From: Klebsormidium nitens
Lineage: Eukaryota > Plantae > Klebsormidiophyceae
Length of the DNA stretch: 64,000 bases
NCBI GenBank assembly: GCA_000708835.1
Contig: DF237450.1
Coordinates: 3,332-67,331 of the forward strand
Direction: 5' to 3'
Positions 1 to 11,600 of the stretch are shown here, in pieces. Position numbers and translations under genes: made by a program. The notes under the pieces were generated by a model. The model made no database searches. It saw only the letters and a program-made list of their open reading frames with translations, and was not told where the DNA came from. The stretch's first letter is position 1. Every line of letters begins with the position of its first letter.

Positions 1-797
1 GTGTACACGGGAGTCGGCGCCAGCGTGCTGCTGGAGCTGCTCATGGCGTCCGGAACGCTCGTGGCGCCTCTTGCTGCGCTGACGCTGAAAGTGAGCACGG
101 AGAAAACGATGTGGTCACGAAAGTCAGGTTTCGTCCTATTTTCATGGACCGAATTCGTTTTGGAAGGTAGTAGTGCGGTTCTGGAGTTGGGCCTTCTCAA
201 GTTCTCGAATTGCACGAGAAGTTGCCAGTCCTACAACTCAAAGCGTCGTCTGTGTATTTCAGCAAACCGCAGAAAAGCGGTTCGTAAAGGATGTCAGCTG
301 GATCTGCGATACCGCCTGACGACAACCAGGTGTTGTAAGCCTGGCTTGAGTGGGCATGAAACGAATGGATTCACGTATCTTTTGCCTCCATTTGGTTCGA
401 AAAACGCCCACTGTTCGGAAAAGAAATACGGCGAGGAAAGGGAGTCGTCAATGCGTGCGGGCGGGCAGCTCGGTTACAAGGGACCATGCAAGTCACAGAA
501 GCTTACGGGCCGAAGTTGGAAGGATCGGTTTCCCCTGAAGACGGCGTCGAGCTTCTTACCAATGCCAGGCAGAAACCGAGCAGGAATAAACCTTGTGGTT
601 CTTTGCAGGCTGCGTCCGACAAGGGACAGCTGTCGTCCCGGCGGGCCAAGCTGCTGAATGGCGGGATCCTAGGGGTGGCTGCGGGCTTCGGGGTCACGAT
701 GGTTGAGGGCATGGTCACGTTGGGCGCGTTTCCCACGCCCATTCTAGTTCGGGTGGGCATCTGGGCGGTAGTGGGAGTCACGAGCGGTCTGAAGTGA
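1..797 (+). CDS. 3' part of a spliced gene for a hypothetical multi-TM membrane protein (exons <1-90 and 609-797)
   Basis: Frame 1 reads VYTGVGASVLLELLMASGTLVAPLAALTLK, then donor GTGAGC at 91. Acceptor TTTGCAG ends at 608 and the phase-0 exon AASDKGQLSSRRAKLLNGGILGVAAGFGVTMVEG...VTSGLK* runs to 797. Hydrophobic segments, GC3-rich codons. Family not recognised. Confidence 0.65.
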
Positions 798-2634
798 GTA
801 CGCCCGTCTTATTTCCCTGAATCTCAGTTATACGCACTCCTGCCGGCCAGGTGGTTCATCGAAGGCCAAAAAGTTTTCGAGAACATTTGCAAGCGACAAT
901 TAATGAGCATGTTTTACCTCTTCCTGCTCGTTCGTGAAGCTCCAGATAGTTCGAAGGCGTCGGCTAAGTTACTGAAAAATAAATAGCGCGTTTGGCCAGA
1001 ACATCAACGTTCTTTGCCTGATCTGTACTGTCCTTGCAGTTTGTTCAAGGGGAAGAAGCGGGACTAAGGTACGGATCAGGTCAAGAAAAATCTACTATCA
1101 GATGTTCGTAAGTCAGGCGTGACTTAGACGAACTTCGGAGAAGCTTTTTCAGCCGAAACCGGGGGGCGCTGCATTCCACTCGTTGAGAGTCGTCAAGAAG
1201 GGTACAACCACGTTGTAGAGGACCTTCAAACAGCAGTGGTTTAGGGGACGGTGAGAGCTCACTGGGGGTATTTATGAGGCGGATAATTCATCTACCTCAA
1301 GTGAAGAGAAGCGTGCAAGCTGTGCGTCAGTCCCCATGCCGTTTCTTAGACATTTAGTTATCAATGATGAAAAGCCGACGGATGACCTTCAACTTCTGCA
1401 ATTGTCTTGTAAAAAAAATGAGATTCCTCCCCGAGTCCTCATGCGTAGTAGTACCACGACGGCTAAAACATTGGATTACACAGAGTCATCTTTCTCCACA
1501 CTACCTGCTTTGGCGGGTCATTACGTGAAAGGTACACTTTGGTGCCGTCATGTGATTCTCTTATCGACAATTGCAGTCCAATACTCGGAATCGAGACTCA
1601 CTTCATGCATTGCGGACAAAATTTTCAAGCCTTTGTGTATGCTCGCTCACCCCCATGGCCTCAGAAGCGCAACTGGCCGCTACAGTCTACGCGCTGGCTT
1701 GCGATATGTCCTGCGAAGTGCTGCCGCGCTGCCAGCTCGATCTGCCTTTAATTGCAAATCGGACTCGAGGAGTGAGTCCCGCCGCACCGCGGCGGCGCGG
1801 CCGCGCTCTGTCCGGTCACGGTCCCCTAGCAGGCAATCATTGAACAACGCCGACGGGATTGAAATCGCCTTTGAAATCGCCTCTACAGTAGATTCCGAAT
1901 CTGACGTCAGAATTCTGATTCTTGACGTCTTCGGCCACTGTGTCGACATCTTGCTGCTTTCATCGAACGGTGAAGATTGAAGATTCCTTGACGATTTGGA
2001 TGAAAAGCATCCGGGGTGGGAAGCATGGAGCGCGGCTCGCTTTGCGGAAATTAGCAGATGGGGGATCCCTTCGACAGGTCCAGGGTCATAGGTGACCCTA
2101 CCTATGTAGAGGAGCTAGATACTGGTTGGCCCTAAGTTCGTCGTCAAAGCACCGTAGATATGTTATAACTAGCATCCGCAGACTGACCGGTTCTTCTCAC
2201 CCCCAATGAGATTCTGAACAAAGGTCGCTTTTCTCGATGAAACATGCAGCATGACTTTTCCACTGGCACATTCATGAATGCCGCCAGCTTCTACCGTAGG
2301 TTCTCACCAAGCAGGTTCTCCCTAGCTGCAGCAGCCCTGGCCTAGCTGCCAGCGTTGCGTCGCGCAATGATGAAAGACGGGTGGAGTCGGTGGACTGGAG
2401 TCTGGCAATAGGTACCTACCTTGTTGTATTTGGTACATCTGGGTAAACGTTTCGCGGGAACGACAGGTGCCTTTCTGATGCTACTGTACTCTCAATGTAC
2501 AGGAAGAGTCATGATCAACAGCGGATTGTTGGGAGTAGTGAACAGGTTCCTTTGACACAGCTGCCAATTGCAGCAGCCACTTTGGCTGCCCTACCAATCC
2601 GCTGCGCCTGGGCTGAGCGGATTCCCTGGGAGCA

Positions 2635-5600
2635 ATGGCGCGCTCACTGGCGTTCTGTGCGCTCCTTGTGGTGGCCCTTTTTGGCACCACTCTCGCGGCG
2701 CGGGAGCTGAGCCTGCAGGCGTCGACCGGGCTTGAGCTTGTGCAGAACATGGCGTACCTGAAGCCCATCACAAACGCTCCCGAGAGTGTGTCTGCGGCCA
2801 TCCAGGAGCCGGTCATTGACGCAACCATGCGCCGCAAGCTGCTGCAGAGGTGAGGCATGCAATCAGACCTGGTTCTTCATGAATTGACACCGGATTGTGC
2901 AGGTAGAAACACAGAAGTGTCGCAATTTCGATATTTGGCTGTGTTAATCAGTGCTGGTGGCAAGTGCAGTGAGTCGATTCAAGCAGGATGTCTTTGATTG
3001 AAGTCCCCTCAGCATTGTTTCATAAGACTGGGCCAAGGGCCTTAGTTCCTGCTCTTTAGATCAGCACTGAAGCTCGGTCACCCGAAGCTCACACTTGAGG
3101 TGCCTTGGTTACTTCAGACTCATCGGAAGCATCTCGGAACATGATCGCCTCTGTCCAGCTTCATCCCCAATAAGCCTCTGATGCTCAGCTCAGCTTCATT
3201 CAGCCTGATAAATGGGGATGGCTCAAGCTGGCACGGATACAAACCTTCGCTCTTCTGAAACCTTAGGCCAAGAGCTGGACGGCAGAATGAACCTTTCGGA
3301 CAGAGTCGTTTTACAGTCCTGTTCACTGCTGTAGCACAGCTTCATCACACACAGCTATGTTGCTCAATGGGGCTTATTGACCTAAGCTTTTTCCATCGCG
3401 TTACCAACATTCCATCAAAACTCATTCCCTGCCAGCTGATAGCCTGCCTTTGACTTTGGGCAAGAAGGGCCGCATAGATTTAGTGCTGATGAGAAACAGA
3501 GGTGGCAAGTGAGGGCCTATAGCTCATCTGCTGAATTTCGTCTGAAGATTTGTCTGTCAGGTCCCATTCCATTACATGCCAAATTTGCAACCCAGCAAGC
3601 AAGAGGCAACCTTGGTGTCCCTTCCTACTTTCAAGAGAGCAGCCTTCTCCCATGCGCACAACCCGTCTTTCATGCCTGTAATCTTCGTTCTGTTCTCCTG
3701 TAAACACAGCGGCCCCCTGGTTGATGACCTCAGCGTTGCCCGCTCATTCCAGCACGGCATTGCGAGCGGTGACCCAACTGTAAGTGCCAAGCATTTCCGC
3801 CCAACCCCATCTCTTCAACTACTGTAACACAGTAATTTCTCAGCAAATCTGCGTCGAGACTCTCTTTCCGTGATTCAGCATTAGTTCGCTGACAGGTAAC
3901 GCCCGCATCATTTTGATTGTCCTGTGCATGGGGCATGTCATGCTGACCTGCCTTTATCATGTCGCACATGCTGGACCCCCTTAGTTTTGTTCAGGAGGAT
4001 CATGAGATTGCCCTTTCTGTGGAACATGGCAGTGCAATGGGGCCTTCAACACCACATTGTTAGTAACATTACTCTGGCCTAGAACGAGCTTCCCTCACCA
4101 TTTGTCAATTTCTTTGTTCTGTTCTTCTCTTTTCTTCTGTACAAGAGCTCACTAGCTCAGTATCTGGTTTTCCCTTGGGATGTCATGTATACTCTCACTG
4201 TTATTCCGTAAGGCTCACTTTTGGATCCTCTGCCCCAAAATTAACCAAAGATGCAAAGGCTGTAAGGGACCCTGCTATCTTCTGTCTCACTTATTGCCTT
4301 GGGTACCCACAATCAATTCGGCCACAGGAGTGTTTCTTAGGTGCAATAACCATATCAGCACATTCCAGACCGTACGCATCAAGACTCGCTTCCTTTCTGA
4401 TTCTGATATTGAACCAGAACTGAGCAATCCTGGATCATTAGGGCCTCGCATTCACAATTCATGGCCACTGTCCAAAGACTTCAGACACCTGGCAAAACCA
4501 AGATCTTTGTAGGGAAGTCATTTCAGAGTCCTCTCAACCCACCCAGTTTGTCCTCTACATAACTTGCTGAAACCTTTGACTGCACTTCTACTTTCTTAAC
4601 CAGGCAACTCAAGTCATCCTCTGGACACGTGTCACCCCCGTCGCCGCAGACACCCGCGCTCTAGTGTACTTCAAAGTAGCGGCCGACTCAGGGCTCAACA
4701 CCATCGTCACACAGGGAGGTGAGACTCTTTGTGATTCTAATGAACCTACTCTGAGTTAGTCGTTTTCCCCTGGGAACTTAGTCGTTACCAGGAGCTCCTG
4801 TGTAACAAGATTTACACCTCAAGCAGCTTGTTACAGACGTCTGCTCATCGCTTGAACAGCAATCCTTTCGAAGCTACAAAATTTGGTTACGAGAAATTGC
4901 TTGAACGGCAAAAATGGCCCTTTGTTGGGGGCAAGCTGATGTCGAAGAAAGAGTACACATGCAATACTCCCATTACGGAGGGCAGATCACAGCTAGGCTA
5001 CATTGGTGGTGGCTCTGCTTGACTGTGTCAGTATGAGTTGATTGAAAGCATGTTGAGGAGGCAATGCAGTTGAGGCTCGCTTGTGCTCAAAAAGAGTTAC
5101 CTGATGATCCTGATTATGTGATCAAACAGACTCCACCCCCCCATCAACATGCAACGAAGCTCGGCAAATCCGAAAACCCCTTGCCAGTTTTGATCGATGT
5201 TTAGCAGAAGACGCATACATCTTCGCCAGCAATCGGATTAACTCATCCATCTTCTTCGATCTGCTCTTACGAGCAACATTTATTTTCTGTGCAGCTGTGG
5301 CCACCGATGCGGGAGTTGACTGGACGGTCAAGGTTGACGTGACTGGTGAGAGTACAGTTATCTCACGAACTTTGTTTGCTGTTCCGCCCTTCCCTGAAGA
5401 GCCTTCTCTTATGCTCTGAAGTCGTCTCTGACTATTGCAGAGGTGCTTCAAATCTGAAAGCGCGCTTTGAATGACATGCAATTGCGCAGGTTTGAACGAT
5501 GATTTGATACTCCTGGACAACGCTTCAAGTTGTTCAAAGAGTGCCAGCACGCACTCAGTATTATTGTCTTTAAGCACTGTAATTTTATCAGCTCAATCTG

Positions 5601-8600
5601 CAGATATGAGGGTCTGGACTCGGTTCGAGATCATGTTACTTTCAAAAGATTCCGCATGACGCCTGCAGGTCTGAGTGACAGGTTGACAGAACTTCAGCTT
5701 CGTTTGGCAAATTGAGATTCTCGAATTAGTGCAAGAGCATCTTACTTCCTAGTCTTCCAGATGAGACCCTCAGGTCTTACTGACAGTGTTCAGGTAAGTT
5801 TGACAACCTGTGATCTGGATTCGCTTCGAGATCAATTAGCCCTGAAATTCCGCATTACGCCTGCAGGTCTGACCCCGTCCACCACCTACTACTACCAGTT
5901 CTACAGCGGGAGTGCCAAGTCCGCCGTTGGTCGGACCCGAACTCTCCCCGTTGGTGACGTGTCCAAGTCGCGTATCGCCTATGTCACTTGCTCCCAGTAC
6001 CCAGACGGGTAAGTGCTGATCTCAGAAACTCAGAGAAATCATTATCTAGCACCCAATTCTAGCTGTTAATGCATGTAAGAATGGCCTGAAAGGCTGTGTA
6101 GCTTATATGAACATTGTCTCGGAATCTCAATGGCATACGAAAGTTAAGCAATGACTTACTGAGCTTTCCGGTTACGAAAAATGAAATTGATTTGTGTACG
6201 AAGTTTTTGAGCATCGGAGAATTGACAACGTGATCGACGGCAGCCGTTCTTACTACATTGCCACGTGGCCCCTTCCTGTGCAGTTACTTCAATGCGTACC
6301 GATCATTGGCAGGAGAGCCCGACATTCAGGCGGTGCTCCATTTGGGCGACTACATGTACGAGTATGCCGCCTCCGCCGGTAGGTCTTGGAAACGAAAAGT
6401 TTTCACGAGGCTTGCTCTTCCGCATCTTCTACAGCGATTTGATGCGAGTGTGCCGCTACAGTTTGTGAGTTTTGATCAGAATCTTTTCACGAGGCTTGCA
6501 CTTCCGCATCTTCTGAAGGATCTGATGCGAATAGTGTGCCGCCACCGTCTGTGAGGTTTGATCAGAATATGTCAAGATGCCTGCGCTTCGCATCTTCTGA
6601 GAGAGATTTGATGCGGGGTTCATGCCGCCACGGTCTCTGAGTTTCAATCAGAATCTTCTCACCAGAATTGCGCTTCCGCCTCTTCTGAAAGGACTCGATA
6701 TGGGTCCTGTGCCGGCCTCGTCTCAAGTTCTGAGCGGAAACTTTTCAAGATGCTTGTGCTTCGGCATCTTCGAAGGGATGTGATGTGGATTTTTTGCCGC
6801 CGTCACTTGTGGTATGAAGACGCCACCGCCTGTGAGTCTTGAATGACATCTTGTCACGAGGCTTGCGCTTCCGATCTTCGTGGAAAGGCTGCTGGCGTGA
6901 AGCGTTGGAGCACGAATCAGTACGGAAATCGCGCTTTCATTCAGCTCGATGTGTTCAATTTGAGTTGTTTGTTAATAATGCGCCGTTGGGAGAAAAGCGA
7001 AGTGTCACGAAAGCAACGAGCGAGCTATCTCTGTTTCGACAGTGACGAGTACGTCGCTGTTGTCATATGTCGTTCCTAAACGATACTTGAACAAGACAAC
7101 CGTAGAAAAGGGAAAACTTGACGAGGTCTGCGGAATAGCTTCCCCGTCCTCTAAAACTTCTCAGCAATCGACTGCAAGGACGTGTTGCGCTTCACGATGA
7201 CCTGTCAACCAGTACGTTCAGCCGGCACGTCCTTCTGATTCAAAGACCTTTTGCCAAAGTGACGCTTGCGACGTTCGGACAGCATTAGGTGTTTGAAACT
7301 CCGGATCTTCTGTGTTATCTACGAGTTCCGCTCTGTCCTTCTGCGGCTCTTGTCCAATCATTCCCTTCTGCTCAATGTCCTTTGCGCTCGTATTCACCAG
7401 TTCCGTATACCAGTTCCGTTCCGCTCACCTGTTCCGTTCCGTTTCGTCTCCCTGCAGCCCAGGCCACCAAGTTCAGCCCGCCCCGTCAGGTCCAGGCCTT
7501 CCAGACGGTCACCCTGGAGCAGTACAGGTATGCACTTCGCAGCTTACTTAATGGCGAGTCAGTTCCTTCAATTCCAGTATCGTCGTTGATAATGAAAGGG
7601 AACTCAGGCTGTCAGGAGCCGTGACATATGAAGTGTCGAGCAAAAACATGGGCAAGCGGTTCTACTCTCCACCCGGATTCAAGGCATTCAAGGGACGTCA
7701 GTATTAGCTGCGTCAAGAGGACGACCTCTGGTCGGCACCACTGAACGGCTATCTTCTCTGGTGGACAGAGTTCAGTCGATATGTGGAGTTGTCCCGTAGA
7801 ATTTTGAAGTCCTTTCATTTTAGGGTCAATTTGATGGGGCCAGAATCCGTGTGCTTCTTCCCCTGTTGAGTCTTCGTAACGGGCCACTTTGTCGGTACTC
7901 TTAGAAACATCTTCGACGTCCTCCATGTTTGGGTGCTTTCGTGGCGTAAGACAGTGACCTACTCAGTTTGCCCTCTCTCCCCACTGGCGCCTCTTTTCTT
8001 GAAAACTACCGCTGTGCCTGCCACATTTGTATGCAAATGTTCCTATATGCAATTAGAGTCCTGAGAGAGATGTAGCGTTTTTCTGAACAGGGTCCGGCCC
8101 CACCCATCAAACTCCAGGAAGTCAGAAAGAGTGTGCTCTGAGGTTTTGCAAAAACCCTACGATTTCAAAATGCAAAACTTCTGCAATGCTTGTTATGACC
8201 AGGGCTCGCCACGCGTTGTACAAGACCGACGTGGACCTACAAGAGGCGCACCGCGTGCACCCCTGGGTCATCGTGTGGGACGACCACGACTCCACCAACA
8301 AGTGAGGCTTCAACAAAGATACTTCTACGATACGCTTCGTTTTCCTAGATTTCGGGTTTGACGACGACATTAGTCAAGTGCAGCTTATTGCTCGTTTCTG
8401 GTGCGTACTGACGACACCGCGCCTCGAAGAGAAGCCGTCCAGTAGGATCAAAAGTGATTCTTCTCTGTATTGAAATGGGGAACCTTCGATAATTTCCGCC
8501 GACCTAGTCCAAAGAATTTCACTTGAGACTACGGGAGATAGCATGCAGATTGGACGCCGGTCGAGGAACAGAAACGATGCGACACAACTGGTGACAAGGA

Positions 8601-11600
8601 TAAAGGTCCACGGAACGCTGGGTTGGCCTGACCCGATTGTAATGGTCAGGCAACCTTTCCGGTGGATTGCATAAATTACAGGAAAGATCACTCGAGCAGC
8701 AAAAGAGCTCCCGCACTGCTTTTCGGCGCTGCTACGGATTGAGTGGCTACAGAGCCGTTCCTTCGCACTCCTTTTTCGAACATTTCCTCACTGCTTTTAT
8801 TCTCTTTGTTCGATCGTTCCCTTCGTGGTAGACCCCAACCCATTAGCTAGTAAGCCCAGTGAACTGTAAGCTTTTGAAGGTTCACTAACTCCCCAACCCA
8901 AAAGATCATCCGCTCCGCGCCTGTACCCCCCTAACCCCCTTACTAGCCCCACCCGTCCCAGTCAGCGTTCACTGGCTTACAGGTCACTAAATCGATTGGA
9001 ATCTTTCCCTGCAGCGCCTGGAGGAACGGCGCCCAGAACCACAAGACGGCGACGCAGGGCCCGTGGGAGGCACGGCTGGCCGCGTCCGTGCGCGCGTGGT
9101 AAGCGGCGGGGCTGTGCTGACGTCATGTCGGATGTGCTGACGTCATTTTGGGGTAGAAGGCTGGAAGGCGTGCGAGTGAAAAGGCGTTGGTCCTGAACGT
9201 GGTGCCACTTGTTAGACAGTCGAGTATTGGCCAGCAAATTGACTTCTTGTGGGTGGAGAAGGAACAATATCATACAGGAAACGGAAGAGGTGGGGTTTAC
9301 TCGTTCGAAATGAAGGCTAGTCCGCAGATCCCCGCAGCAAGGGATCTGTGAAGATTGTCAACGTCCGCTTTGAGTGGTTATTTCGTCAGTTAAAGGCCTT
9401 CTTATTGTGCCATTGCAACGCGGTATACTTTTACCCACTACCTGGAACCAGCTTCGTCTAGGCAACACAGGTATACATGGCAACCGACGTAGCGGTCCGA
9501 TCCCTGTCCACGCTTCCGTTCTTTAAATCCTTACTTCAAAAACAGGAGAATGTCGTAAGCCTGAAACCCCCAGAAGCCTGTACACGAATCCATTGTCTTC
9601 TTGACAGAAACCAGTATCATGCACCACACCTGGCGCCATCTCAAGGTACGCATCTACAGCTCTTGCTAGAGCGGCCATAACAATCCTTTCAACATCTTGT
9701 AACAGCGTTCAAGTTTGAAGGCTCGCAGCTACCAGAGCCTTGTAAGTTGAACTCTAAAAGCCCCAGAACTTATCCTCCACGTGGCAGGTACGAGTACCAG
9801 CCGGTGCGCCAGGTGCAGTTCGACCTCAAGCTGCGCATCTACCGGTCGTTCCAGATCGGCAACCTGCTGGATCTCATCATGGTGGACACGCGCATCATCG
9901 GTCGGGACCGCCAAACCGACGACCCGCCAGACCCCCCGGTCCTTAACACCACCGCAGGAAATGAGAAGTTTGCCGTGCTGTTCGACCGGACGCGTACCAT
10001 GCTGGGGGAGACCCAGCTCGAGTGGCTGCAGGCGCAGCTCAGGTTGGGCCATCGGACGGTCGGAAGTCACTTGAACGGTCCAATTCTTTATTTGGATGGT
10101 CGAGGATGCTTTGAACGGACGAATGAGATCTGGACTTCGCATGTCGTTCTTGTATGGGCAGCCCAATGTAATGTTAACGCCTCAAATAGGACAGGAACAG
10201 CTCGCGTGGTTGCAGGGATCGCTCAGGTGTGCCATCGAACGGTCGAGGGTCTTTCTATTTGCACGGTCAAGAAGGCGCGCTTTCCCCGCGTTTACTCCAG
10301 TTGGGTCAGGCCAGGTTCTCTTTTTGAACACCTAAAGAAGGGACAGTCCGAGTGGCTGCAGGGAAAGCTCAGGGGGGCCAGCGGACGGCCGAGGTTGCTC
10401 TGACTGGTTGATCTTTCTGTTTGGACGGTCGAAGAAGCTTTAAACGCTTGAAAATGCTTTTGCACAGCCCACTCGAACAGCCCACATTCTGGTCTTTGGA
10501 TTTTTGAGAAAGGGACAGCTGGTGTGGCTGCAGGGACAATTCAGATGAGTCCATCGGACGGTCGAGGTTCGCCAGATGGTTATCCTGTTCTTCCAACGGT
10601 CGAGGTTTATATAGTCACTCCAGGTTCAGTACGAGACCGTGACATCCGGAAAGGCAGTGGATTCGCTCGCATGGCCGCACGGACGATTCACCTGGAGTCA
10701 TGGAACGTTTCACGCTTCTTTGATGGTTGGTTTTTTTCCATTCGAACGGTCTTGAATGCTTTGGAAAGCCCACTAATTGATCAGATTTCAACAACATGAG
10801 ACAGGGGCAGCTGGCATCGAAGCTGGGACAGTCAGAATGGGAGAGCGAGCTTCCGTCTCCACTGCCGCTTCGATTGCAGGCGCTTGCTAGCAGGAATTGC
10901 GTTTCAAACGAACATTCTGATACGCTCCATCTATAGCTCATTCTGTTAGTTCTGCCAATGAATTCCAAAACGCTGGAACATGTTCATATTCTTGCGCCAT
11001 GCGAATAACGATGGAATGACAGCCGACGGCTCAGCATCGTGGACCACAACCAAAAACTTCGAAAGCTGGGTTGGCAACCTTAACCAAAACAGTTCTCCAT
11101 TTTATGCAGCGACTCTAAGGGCAGCGGCGCCGTTGGCGCATCTTCGGGCAATCACGTCCTTCTCACTCCCAACCCCAAAACCTCTTACCCTAAAACCCTG
11201 GGCCAAACCGTTTCCGCAGCGACCCCAAGGGCCGTGCAGCCGTGTGGCGCATCTTCGAGCAATCACGGCCTTCTCCCCCTTAACCCCGAAACGTTTCAAC
11301 CAAACCCTGGCCAAACCCTTTCTGCAGCGACTCCAAGGGCCGCGGCGCCGTGTGGCGCATGATTGGCAACCAGGTCCTTCTCACCCTTAACCGTTAACCC
11401 CTTAACCCCTTAATCCTTCAACCGAAACCCCTGGCCAAACCGTTTCTGCAGCGACTCCAAGGGCCGGGGCGCCGTGTGGCGCATGATCGGCAACCAGGTC
11501 CTCTTCACCGAGATGCCGGTTACGATCGACGACCCGGATACCAACGGTTATCTGGGCCCCGTCATTGGTTACAGCGACGGCTGGGATGCCTACCCCGAAA

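Noticed and set aside
1-657. 218-aa ORF from position 1
   Set aside because: Only 1-90 is coding-like. The rest is read-through into the intron after the GTGAGC donor.
2082-2118. Hairpin agggtca-tagg-tgaccct followed by CTAG as a Helitron 3' end
   Set aside because: The stem is only 7 bp, CTAG is followed by A rather than T, and no 5' TC end or second copy was seen.
6365-6890. Regularly spaced repeats suggesting a CRISPR array
   Set aside because: The whole unit is repeated with no unique spacers, there are no cas genes, and it lies in a eukaryotic intron. The same applies to all other arrays.
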